Source of the DNA: Gaiellaceae bacterium
GTDB taxonomy: Bacteria; Actinomycetota; Thermoleophilia; Gaiellales; Gaiellaceae
Length of the DNA: 64,000 bases
Direction of reading: 5' to 3'
NCBI GenBank assembly: GCA_036494245.1
Contig: DASXOM010000051.1
Location: 1,512-65,511, forward strand
Made by a program: the position numbers and the translations under genes. A model generated the notes under the pieces. That model was not told where the DNA came from. It made no database searches and saw nothing but the letters and a program-made list of their open reading frames with translations. Positions 57,301 to 64,000 of this stretch are shown piece after piece (the first letter of the stretch is position 1; each line of letters begins with the position of its first letter).

Positions 57301-57729
57301 CTCCTCCATACGCTCAAAGGGCATACGCAACTCATCAACGACGCCGAGTATTCGCCGAGCGGTCGCGAGCTGGTCACGGTCAGCTCCGATCACAGCGGTC
57401 GCATCTGGGCTACCGGGACCGGACACGTGCTCCACGTCCTCCTGGGCCACTTCTTCGCGGTCAACACCGGCAGCTTCAGCCCCGACGGCCGCTGGATCGT
57501 GACAACGAGCCAGTTCACCGCCGGTCTCTGGAACGCACGCACGGGCCAGCTCCTCTTCTACCTCGGCCGCGACACCAAGCCGCTCATCGGGGCGAGCTTC
57601 AGCCCGAGCCGCAACTGGGTCCTCACCAGCAGCGAGGACGGGACGGCTCGCATCTACCACTGCGTGATCTGCCAGCCGCTGACCGGGCTGGAGACCACTG
57701 CGGAAGCGCGTCTCCGCGCGCTGCGTTAG
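54376..57729 (+). CDS. STAND-type P-loop NTPase (nSTAND/NACHT-like) - TM helix - WD40 repeat protein
   Basis: The conserved N-terminus SPYKGLASFEDSELDALLFFGRE lies upstream of the first canonical start (GTG at 54478). Start proposed at CTG 54376, overlapping the upstream TGA. Walker A GPSGVGKSS, Walker B LHLLLDNFEE, TM LLAIIGVSLVALAIVAGVAIFALV, many WD40 blades (FSPDGR..ASGS.D.TARIWN). Confidence 0.8.
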   Translation: MSEVPQSPYKGLASFEDSELDALLFFGREREIAAVAANVLANRLTILYGPSGVGKSSLLGAGVARRLRELSGAPVVVHDAWAEDPAARMMASVEAECGELGATAGLVDTVAAAAQQSGELHLLLDNFEEYVLYHGLEGPLSDSLPELLRRPGLRVNVLLALRDDALADLDEFAGRIPDLFSNLLRLDLLDREAGKAAILGPLDRYSELTGEQFTAEDALVEAVLDEASTDTGVEAPYLQLVLERLWERERELGSHELRLATLRAIGGARAVVREHVRGALDALPLAEQEAAARVVRQLVTPSGRKVSHEPSDLAEYAHVEDNELRRLLDRLGRERIVRGVNGMQGAPTRYEIFHDVLGPPILAWQAEHQLQRERIRGRQQRRRLLAIIGVSLVALAIVAGVAIFALVQRSNARTQARRAHGGELAGRALADIPTNPQVSVQLALQAADLDPGRQTAGVLRSSLAAMRETRVLRLGGNIVVASFQPRGRLLLVGSNNGRVATYDTAGRRLRSHSIPRLAMAAWSPDGRFFATGTDGGQVAVWLPHRMKPLHTLATGSPITALSFSSKTLLVGSGTHVHVLNLATGHVRAIDLGSGVLASALDPNGDVFAVATRLGKSTSAEILSAHTGRVIRRLPEAGIRSFAFSPDGRLLASGSRDRTARIWNARTGRLLHVLQHQGYVLDEQFSRDGRSLVTASQDGAAYVWDVVTGRRELLLVGATGAINAAAFSPDGSRIATASDDLLARIYYAADGRLLAPLAGHGKAVTSVEFDPSGRTIVTGSSDGTARLWEALPLGTLVPIDRRSSPVDALWAGEHAVSVAGRRARILTTSGRLVKQLTMPSPIVATAVSGSSIFLADRASNLLSDRRGIVKLTPGVGATSLAPRPGGSVLLGRGDTVGWSNGHPVLVRAGGRVLGLSTGGGRFLVRLPSSVRVYTDGGSLVSTIHTTAQHAVLSPGGLGVATTKGTIAQLWDASTGQLLHTLKGHTQLINDAEYSPSGRELVTVSSDHSGRIWATGTGHVLHVLLGHFFAVNTGSFSPDGRWIVTTSQFTAGLWNARTGQLLFYLGRDTKPLIGASFSPSRNWVLTSSEDGTARIYHCVICQPLTGLETTAEARLRALR

Positions 57730-58214
57730 CCGTCCACCGACGGAGGAGCGCACCGCGGCTCGTGCCGCGCGGCGAGCACGAGCAGCAGTGTGTGCAGCTG
57801 CTCTCGCTGCTCGGCGTCGAGCGGCGCGAGGAACTCGTCTTCGAGGCGCCGCGCGAGCGCGCGGAGCTTCGCGAGCGTGCGCTTGCCGTCGGTTGTGATC
57901 CGGACGATCTGCCGGCGCCGGTCCTCGGGATCGCGCTTGCGCTCGACGAGCGCCTGCTCCTCGAGCTCGTCGAGGAGCCCGACGAGCGTGCCTCGGTCGT
58001 AACCGAGCGCGTCCGCGATCTCGGCCTGCGTCTCGGGAGCGCTTCCCTCGAGCAGGGCGAGGATCGCGTGGTGGTACGGGCTGAGCCCGAAGCGTTCGTA
58101 CTCGTCGAGCGACCGGCTCTTCGCGGCAAAGCCGAGCCGCTTGAGCAGGAAGAGGCTCGAGGCGACGAGCTCCGCGGGCATACCGGTGGTCTGGGTTTTC
58201 AAATCAGTCTTCAT
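57726..58214 (-). CDS. MarR family transcriptional regulator
   Basis: ATG at 58212-58214, with an alternative ATG at 58224-58226. wHTH QAEIADALGYDRGTLVGLLDELEEQALVERKRDPEDRRRQIVRIT. Confidence 0.85.
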   Translation of the reverse strand: MKTDLKTQTTGMPAELVASSLFLLKRLGFAAKSRSLDEYERFGLSPYHHAILALLEGSAPETQAEIADALGYDRGTLVGLLDELEEQALVERKRDPEDRRRQIVRITTDGKRTLAKLRALARRLEDEFLAPLDAEQREQLHTLLLVLAARHEPRCAPPSVDG

Positions 58215-58270
58215 ATCGATTCCCATCTCGTGGAATAGTGTAGCGCGGCCAAGCGTTCCCCTCATGTATA

Positions 58271-58285
58271 GTTGGTAGTACCAAC
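58271..58285. promoter_or_regulatory. Perfect 15-bp palindrome GTTGGTA-g-TACCAAC (MarR operator candidate)
   Basis: Lies in the MarR/MFS divergent intergenic region, 16 nt upstream of the MFS TTG start, just before the GGAGGA SD. Confidence 0.5.
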
Positions 58286-58300
58286 GATTGGAGGATCTGC

Positions 58301-59767
58301 TTGCTTCCCACGCTTCATCCCCTTGCTTCCCGGCGGCGCTGGAGTGCACTTGCTCTTATCGTCACCGCTCAGTTCATGGTCATTCTCGACGTGGCGATCG
58401 TGAACGTTGCGCTCCCGTCGATCAAGTCGGACCTCGGGTTCTCGGCCACGGGGATCCAGTGGGTGATCACCGCGTACGCCATCCTCTTCGGCGGGACGCT
58501 GCTGCTCGGCGGCCGCCTCGCCGACCTGCTCGGCCGACGGCGCATGTTCGTCGCGGGCCTCGCTCTTTTTGCCGCGAGCTCCCTGCTCTGCGGCTTCGCC
58601 TGGTCGTCGGGCTCGCTCGTCGCGTTCCGTGCGCTGCAAGGGCTGGGAGGCGCGCTGCTCGCTCCGGCTGCGCTCTCGCTCCTGATGACGACGTTCGCCG
58701 AAGGCCCTGAGCGCAACCGCGCGCTCGGGATCTACGGCGCCGCTTCGGGTAGCGGCGCGGCGGCAGGCGTCCTGCTCGGCGGCGTGATCACCTCCTATCT
58801 CGGCTGGTCGTGGATCTTCTTCGTCAACGTCCCGGTCGGCCTCGCCGCGATCGCGCTCACGCCCTTCCTGCTGCGCGACAGCCGCGCGGAGCTGCCGCAT
58901 CGCCACTTCGACCTGGCCGGCGCCGCCTCGGTCACGAGCGGCTTGATGCTGTTCGTCTACGGGCTGACTCGGGCGGCAACGGACGGCTGGAGCTCGCCGG
59001 TCACGCTGGGGCTGCTCGGTGGAGCCGTGGCGCTCATCGCGTCGTTCGTCGCGATCGAGCTGCACTCACGCTCGCCGCTGCTGCCGCTGCGGATCTTCCG
59101 CCTGCGCGCGCTCTCGGGCGCGAACGCGACGATGGCGCTCGTCGGGGCCGTGACCTTCTCGGAGTTCTTCGTCCTTACGCTCTACGCGCAGGACGTCCTC
59201 CACTACTCGGCGGTTCAGACCGGCGTCGCGTTCGTCGCGTTCGCCCTTTCCGTCGTCGTGGCCTCGAACCTCGCGCAAGCCGTGGTCGGCCGGATCGGCG
59301 TCCGGGCGACCCTCATGATCGGCCTCGCGCTCGCCGTCCTCTCTCTCGGCCTGCTCACGCAGCTGCCGGTGGACGGCCACTACTTCTGGGATCTCTTCCC
59401 GGCCTTCGTGCTCGGCGGGACAGGCCTGGGCTTCTCCTTCGTGCCGGTCACGATCGCAAGCCTGACCGGTGTGGAGCGTGCCGACGCCGGTGTCGCCTCC
59501 GGCCTCGTGAACACGAGCCGCCAGATCGGCGGCGCCGTCGGGCTCGCGGCGATCAGCACCATCGCGGCGAGCGCGGCATCGAGCTACGCCCATGCTCACG
59601 GCGTCTCGGCCGCGAGCGCGGCCGCAACGGTCAGCGGTTTCCAGACGTCCTTCGTCGTCCTCGGCGGCCTGCTCGTCGCGGCATTCGTCGTCGCGGCGGT
59701 CTTCCTCCGGCCGGCGCGCGAGCGCGTCGAGGAGATCGACGCGGTCGAGCTGCAGGAGGCCGCATGA
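58301..59767 (+). CDS. MFS transporter, DHA2 (EmrB/QacA, 14-TMS) family
   Basis: LIVTAQFMVILDVAIVNVALPSI, motif A-like GRLADLLGRRRMF, about 14 hydrophobic segments. Confidence 0.9.
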   Translation: MLPTLHPLASRRRWSALALIVTAQFMVILDVAIVNVALPSIKSDLGFSATGIQWVITAYAILFGGTLLLGGRLADLLGRRRMFVAGLALFAASSLLCGFAWSSGSLVAFRALQGLGGALLAPAALSLLMTTFAEGPERNRALGIYGAASGSGAAAGVLLGGVITSYLGWSWIFFVNVPVGLAAIALTPFLLRDSRAELPHRHFDLAGAASVTSGLMLFVYGLTRAATDGWSSPVTLGLLGGAVALIASFVAIELHSRSPLLPLRIFRLRALSGANATMALVGAVTFSEFFVLTLYAQDVLHYSAVQTGVAFVAFALSVVVASNLAQAVVGRIGVRATLMIGLALAVLSLGLLTQLPVDGHYFWDLFPAFVLGGTGLGFSFVPVTIASLTGVERADAGVASGLVNTSRQIGGAVGLAAISTIAASAASSYAHAHGVSAASAAATVSGFQTSFVVLGGLLVAAFVVAAVFLRPARERVEEIDAVELQEAA

Positions 59768-59937
59768 GCCCGCGAGAGGACCCGGCTGCCCGCCGGCAGC
59801 GGATCGACGAGCTCCTGAGCGAGATCGACGCCCAGCGTCGCCAACAACTTCTGCTCGAGGCCGCAGGGGCGTACGCGCCCGGCCTCGAGCAGGAGGCCAG
59901 GCAGACGCGGGAGGCGCTGGCAGAGCTCGTTCGCTAG
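59764..59937 (+). CDS. Small hypothetical coiled-coil protein (57 aa)
   Basis: ATG overlaps the MFS stop (ATGA) and the ORF fills the gap to the next gene. No family recognised. Confidence 0.35.
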   Translation: MSPREDPAARRQRIDELLSEIDAQRRQQLLLEAAGAYAPGLEQEARQTREALAELVR

Positions 59938-59952
59938 CCCTATCGTGGGCGT

Positions 59953-61332
59953 ATGCGGGGAACTGATGAGCATGAGCTCAAGCTCGACGCTCCTGCCGGC
60001 TTTCGGCTGCCGCCGCTCGGCGGCCGCCCGCTTGCGCCGCGGGTCTTCACCTCCGTCTACTACGACGTGCCCGGCGAGTCGCTGGCGGCGGTGGGCATCA
60101 CGCTGCGGCGCCGCACCGAGGACGGCCACGGCGTCTGGCAGCTCAAGCTCCCTGCCGACGACTCGCGGCTCGAGCTCGAGGCTGATGGAGCGCCGGGGCA
60201 GCCGCCCGAGGAGCTGCTCGCCCTCCTTCACGCTCACTTGCGCCGCGGCCCGCTCGAGCGCGTAGCGGAGCTGCGAACGCGACGGAGCGGCGAGCTCGTC
60301 GCGCGCAACGGCACGACCGCCGAGGTGACCGCGGACGAGGTCACGGTGCTCGACTCCCCGGAGGAGTGCGACCAGTTCGTCGAGGTCGAGATCGAGCTTC
60401 GAGACGGCAGCCCCGACGACCTCGACGAGATCGCTGACGAGCTCGTCTCGGCGGGCGCAGAACAGGGGCACGGGCTGCCCAAGCTGTTCCGTGCGCTCGG
60501 CCGCCTGCCTGCGTATGGGCCGGCTCCTCGTTCGTTCGAGGAGCTGCGGGGCCGCTTGCGCGAGCAGCTGCGCGAGATCGAGCGACATGACCCGGGCACA
60601 CGTCTCGGCCGCGATCCCGAGAGCCTCCACGACATGCGCGTCGGCGTCCGCCGCCTGCGCGCCCTGCTCCGCGCGGGTAGCGAGCTCGTCGCGACCGACA
60701 CCGCGGAGCTCGACGGGCGGCTGAAGCAGCTGGGCCAGGTGCTCGGCGAGGTCCGCGACCTCGACGTGCTGCTCGCGCGGCTCGAAGCCGAGGCGGCTGA
60801 GCTCGGGGGAGAGGACGCGAGGCGCGCCGGGCCGCTGCTCGCTGTGCTGCGCACCGAGCGCTCCTGTAGCCGTAGCCGCCTGCTCGCAGCCCTGCGCTCG
60901 GACGAGTACCTGGCCCTCCTCGACGACACCGCCCGCACGCTCGACGAGCTCGAGCCGAGCGGCTCCACGGTAACGCTCGACGAGCTCGTCGGCGAGGCGT
61001 CCGCCAAGGTGCGCAAGGCCGTTCGGAAGCTGTCGGACGAGCCGACGAACGACGAGCTGCACGCGGTGCGGAAGAAGGGCAAGCGAGCGAGGTACGCGGC
61101 CGAGCTTGCGGGCAGGAAGAAGCTCGTGAAGCGCGCCAAGAAGTTGCAGGACGTCCTCGGGGACCATCAGGACGCTGTCGTCGCCGCGAGGCGGCTGCGG
61201 GCACTCGCCGCGGGGTCGACCCCCGAGCTTGCGCTCGTCGCCGGGCGCCTCGTCGAGCGCGAGGAGGAGCGTCGCCTGGAGGCGAGAGCGGCGTGGCCGA
61301 AGGCGTGGCAGAAGTTCCGCAAGGCGATCTGA
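59953..61332 (+). CDS. CYTH and CHAD domain-containing protein
   Basis: CYTH N-terminus HELKLDAP, VYYDVPGESLAAVGITLRRR, VWQLKLP. CHAD helices HDMRVGVRRLRALLR and ELHAVRKKGKRARYAAE. Confidence 0.9.
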   Translation: MRGTDEHELKLDAPAGFRLPPLGGRPLAPRVFTSVYYDVPGESLAAVGITLRRRTEDGHGVWQLKLPADDSRLELEADGAPGQPPEELLALLHAHLRRGPLERVAELRTRRSGELVARNGTTAEVTADEVTVLDSPEECDQFVEVEIELRDGSPDDLDEIADELVSAGAEQGHGLPKLFRALGRLPAYGPAPRSFEELRGRLREQLREIERHDPGTRLGRDPESLHDMRVGVRRLRALLRAGSELVATDTAELDGRLKQLGQVLGEVRDLDVLLARLEAEAAELGGEDARRAGPLLAVLRTERSCSRSRLLAALRSDEYLALLDDTARTLDELEPSGSTVTLDELVGEASAKVRKAVRKLSDEPTNDELHAVRKKGKRARYAAELAGRKKLVKRAKKLQDVLGDHQDAVVAARRLRALAAGSTPELALVAGRLVEREEERRLEARAAWPKAWQKFRKAI

Positions 61333-61700
61333 CGGTCGTTCGCGCCGCGGGCGGACTCGTCGTGCGCGACGGCGAGGTCCTGCTCGTGCACCGGCCGAAG
61401 TACGATGACTGGAGTTTCCCGAAGGGCAAGTGTGACCCGGGCGAGTCCGACGAGGCCTGTGCGCTGCGCGAGGTCGAGGAGGAGACGGGGTTGCGCTGCG
61501 AGCTCCTGGAGGAGATCGGCGAGACGAGCTACGTCGACGGCAGGGGCCGGCCGAAGGTCGTCCGCTACTGGCGGATGCGTGCCCTGGACGGGGAGTTCGC
61601 CCCCGACGACGAGGTGGACGAGATCCGCTGGGAGACGCCGGAGCGCGCCGCGGCCGTGCTCAGCTGGTCGCGAGACCTCCCACTGCTGGAGCGGTTGTGA
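61293..61700 (+). CDS. NUDIX hydrolase
   Basis: Nudix box GKCDPGESDEACALREVEEETGL. Start is GTG at 61293 (40-nt overlap with the CHAD gene) or CTG at 61329 (CTGA overlap). Confidence 0.85.
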   Translation: MAEGVAEVPQGDLTVVRAAGGLVVRDGEVLLVHRPKYDDWSFPKGKCDPGESDEACALREVEEETGLRCELLEEIGETSYVDGRGRPKVVRYWRMRALDGEFAPDDEVDEIRWETPERAAAVLSWSRDLPLLERL

Positions 61701-62095
61701 CGAGCGTCCTGCTGCGCCATGCCTCGGCCGGCGACCGCCACGACTTCGAGCACGACGACCGCCGCCGTCCCCTCGACAAGAGAGGCGGGCGCCAGTCGGG
61801 CGAGCTCGTCGAGCTGCTGCGGCCGTTCGGGGTGCGGCGCATCGTCTCGAGCCCCTATGTCCGCTGCGTCCAGACGGTAGAGCCGCTGGCCGCCGCGCTC
61901 GGGGTGGAGCTCGAGGAGGACGTCCGTCTAGCGGAAGGCGCAGGGGCGGCCGCAGCCGCCTTGCTTCGGGAGGACGGCGTCGTCTGCTGCACGCACGGTG
62001 ACATCGTCGAGGCGCTCGTGGGCCGCGGCTTGAAGAAGGGTGCCGCTTTCGTTCTCGAGGACGGCGAGGTCGTGCGCGAGCTTCCCGCGCCGTAG
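61697..62095 (+). CDS. Histidine phosphatase family protein (SixA-like)
   Basis: GTG overlaps the Nudix stop (GTGA). LLRHASAG catalytic-His motif, SSPYVRCVQT, CCTHGD. Confidence 0.75.
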   Translation: MTSVLLRHASAGDRHDFEHDDRRRPLDKRGGRQSGELVELLRPFGVRRIVSSPYVRCVQTVEPLAAALGVELEEDVRLAEGAGAAAAALLREDGVVCCTHGDIVEALVGRGLKKGAAFVLEDGEVVRELPAP

Positions 62096-62097
62096 AG

Positions 62098-62952
62098 CTA
62101 CGCGGCGAGCGCCTCGAGCGAGGCCAGGACGGCCCCCTCGCGGATGCCGCCGCTACAGACGTGCAGCGTGACGGCGAGCTTCCGCTGCACCTCGGCGAGC
62201 AGGATCACGCCGGCCGGCAGGATCTCGGCCCGCGCGCGGTCGACCCCGAAACGGCGGGCCACCTCGCGCGGCGCTGTCGTCTCGACGATCTGCAGCGCCT
62301 CGGCCAACTCGCTCTCGCCGAGCTCGGCGCCCACCAGCCGGCGTGCGGCGCGGGCGCTCCCACCGACGGCGAGGGCGGCTTCGACGAGGGGCGGGTCGAG
62401 GTGAGCGAGCGCGTCCTCGGCCTCGGAGTGCATGTCCGCGGCGCGAGCGGTCAGCCGGACGGAGCCGAGATCGACGGACTCGACCCAGTCGGGGTCGCGG
62501 CCCGGGCTGCCGACGGCGATTTCCGTCGAGGCTCCACCGATGTCGCAGACGGCGATGCGCTGCGGCAGCGCAATGCTCGCGGTGAGGACGGCGCCGCGGT
62601 AGGCCAGCGTGCCTTCCTCCTCCTTCGTGAGCACACGCGCCTGGACTCCTGCCGCCCGCGACAGCGCCGCGACGAGCTCGGCGGAGTTGCCCGCCTGGCG
62701 GCCGGGAGCCGTGAGAAAGACGTCGAGCGAGTCGACGCGCTCGCGTCTCGCGGCTCTGGCCATCTCGGCGACTGCCTTCGCCGCGGCCGCAACGTGAACG
62801 TCCGAGACGACCCCGTGCCGCTCGATCTCCTCACCGAGCGACAGCCGCAGCTTCTCGGTCTCGAGCGGATCGAGACCGTCGGCCGCGGCGCTCGCCACCA
62901 GCAGCCGTGTCGTGTTGGAACCGACGTCGATCACTCCGATCCGCATCTCCAC
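62098..62952 (-). CDS. Ppx/GppA family phosphatase (short, two-domain form)
   Basis: IGVIDVGSNTTRLLV (phosphate-1), EEEGTLAYRG, CDIGGASTEIAV. Confidence 0.85.
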   Translation of the reverse strand: MEMRIGVIDVGSNTTRLLVASAAADGLDPLETEKLRLSLGEEIERHGVVSDVHVAAAAKAVAEMARAARRERVDSLDVFLTAPGRQAGNSAELVAALSRAAGVQARVLTKEEEGTLAYRGAVLTASIALPQRIAVCDIGGASTEIAVGSPGRDPDWVESVDLGSVRLTARAADMHSEAEDALAHLDPPLVEAALAVGGSARAARRLVGAELGESELAEALQIVETTAPREVARRFGVDRARAEILPAGVILLAEVQRKLAVTLHVCSGGIREGAVLASLEALAA

Positions 62953-63033
62953 TCATCGTAGGTCCGCCATCGGAGGACGGATAAACGTTCAGGTAACGGT
63001 CCTGTGACGGACCTGAGACGGTGGTGGAACGGT

Positions 63034-64000
63034 TCAGTGAGCGCGGGCGAGCGAGATCCGTCGCCGTGCGCGCCGCATCAGCGTCTGCTGCCCGGAGCGT
63101 GGGCGCTCGTCCTTCTTCGGCTCGACGCGGCGCCAGATTCCGCCCGCGTCTAGCTCGAACGAGGTCGCGGTGTCGCGCCACAGCGCCTCGAACGTGTTCG
63201 CCAGCTCGGCCTGGACGGCGGGGTCCTCGATCGGGGTCACAACCTCGACGCGGTGGTCGAGATTGCGCGGCATCAGGTCGGCGCTGCCCATGAACCAGAC
63301 GCTGCGATCGGCGGCGTCGAACGAGAAGAGCCTGCTGTGCTCGAGAAAGCGGCCGATCACGCTGCGCACGCGAATGTTCTCGCTCAGCCCCGGAACGCCG
63401 GGTCGCAGCGAGCACACCCCGCGCACGAGAAGATCGATCCGCGCACCGGCGGCGGACGCCGCATAGAGCTCGTCGATCACCTGCGGGTGCGTCAGGCCGT
63501 TGACCTTGATCCGGATCCGCGCCTTCTTGCCCGCAGCCGCTGCTTCGGCGACCAGCCGGATCTCCTCGACCAGCCGCTCGCGGAGGGTGAACGGCGCCAC
63601 GAGCAGCTTGCGGAACTCGCCGGGCCGCCCGAAGCCGGTCAGGTGGTTGAAAAGGTCGGCGACGTCGGCGGCGATGTCCTCGTCGGCGGTGAAGAGCCCG
63701 AAGTCCTCGTAGCTGCGGGCGGTGACGGCGTTGTAGTTGCCGGTGCCGAGATGGACGTAACGGCGGAGCCCTCCCGCCTCCCGCCGTACGACCAGCGTCG
63801 TCTTCGCGTGGATCTTGAGGCCCGGGAAGCCGTAGACGATGTGGACGCCGGCCTGCTCGAGCGAACGCGACCACTCGATGTTGCGGCGCTCGTCTCCGCG
63901 CGCCTTGATCTCGACGAGACAGACCGTCTGCTTGCCGCGCTCCGAGGCGTCGATCAGCGCAGGCACGAGCGGCGTGTCGTCGCTCGTGCGGTACACCGTC
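63034..64000 (-). CDS. ppk: Polyphosphate kinase 1, C-terminal part; 5' end outside window
   Basis: PPK1 C-terminal PLD-like domains: GLKIHAKTTLVVRRE, LGTGNYN, VRSVIGRFLEHSRLF, GSADLMPRNLDHRVEV. The ORF runs to the window edge. Confidence 0.95.
   Translation of the reverse strand, partial: TVYRTSDDTPLVPALIDASERGKQTVCLVEIKARGDERRNIEWSRSLEQAGVHIVYGFPGLKIHAKTTLVVRREAGGLRRYVHLGTGNYNAVTARSYEDFGLFTADEDIAADVADLFNHLTGFGRPGEFRKLLVAPFTLRERLVEEIRLVAEAAAAGKKARIRIKVNGLTHPQVIDELYAASAAGARIDLLVRGVCSLRPGVPGLSENIRVRSVIGRFLEHSRLFSFDAADRSVWFMGSADLMPRNLDHRVEVVTPIEDPAVQAELANTFEALWRDTATSFELDAGGIWRRVEPKKDERPRSGQQTLMRRARRRISLARAH

Noticed and set aside
61293-61332. A third CTGA stop/start overlap (CTG at 61329) as the true start of the NUDIX gene.
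   Set aside because: A canonical GTG at 61293 with a GGAGG-type SD is available in frame, and the Nudix fold does not require either choice. It is left as an alternative rather than called.

Overview
High-GC (about 70% by eye) Actinomycetota-type chromosomal segment, roughly 90% coding. I call about 60 protein genes or gene remnants, one tRNA (Arg-CCU), several hairpin terminators and several operator-like repeats. Stop/start overlaps of 4 nt (ATGA/GTGA) are pervasive, so many genes sit in translationally coupled operons. Most long alternative-frame or antisense ORFs in the track are GC artefacts: they are Arg/Ala/Pro/Gly-rich and lie opposite genes with clear family signatures.

Gene content in order:
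- PLP decarboxylase (5' truncated) and a YbjQ-like protein, then otsB.
- An hsp20-lon-membrane protein operon.
- A six-gene overlapping operon: ABC-2 exporter, SAM methyltransferase, GNAT, unknown protein, CitE-like lyase.
- glnK-amt.
- LysE / PAT-like GNAT / rhodanese, then a class III aminotransferase, DoxX and an S8 protease.
- tRNA-Arg.
- A LacI-controlled GH13 alpha-glucosidase plus complete CUT1 sugar ABC operon.
- A Ser/Thr kinase divergent from a SARP-USP regulator.
- A lactonase-type propeller and a tandem DUF427 protein.
- A ROK / Dpp-type ABC / GH4 / BadF-kinase / ROK sugar locus.
- A large Ig-repeat surface protein with a TasA-like protein.
- A decayed patch: IS1595 transposase remnant, CYTH fragment and a frameshifted secreted-protein gene.
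- An orphan PAS histidine kinase, a PQQ propeller and a DMFase-like protein.
- MarR with an MFS transporter.
- A polyphosphate cluster: CYTH-CHAD, Nudix, SixA-like, Ppx, Ppk1 (3' side truncated by the window).

The best candidate for an undescribed system is at 52.7-57.7 kb. A SARP (wHTH-BTAD) module is fused to a SIR2-like domain. Its stop overlaps the apparent non-canonical (CTG) start of a STAND P-loop NTPase with one TM helix and about 650 aa of WD40 repeats. This looks like an AfsR-type regulator split over two genes with a SIR2-like domain added.

Secondary signals are 11-bp-phased hexamer repeats (CTGAGG/CCTCAG) on both sides of the other SARP gene, a P-II protein lacking Tyr51, and two genes whose conserved N-termini lie upstream of any canonical start codon.

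All family assignments come from motif recognition by eye. No database search was run.
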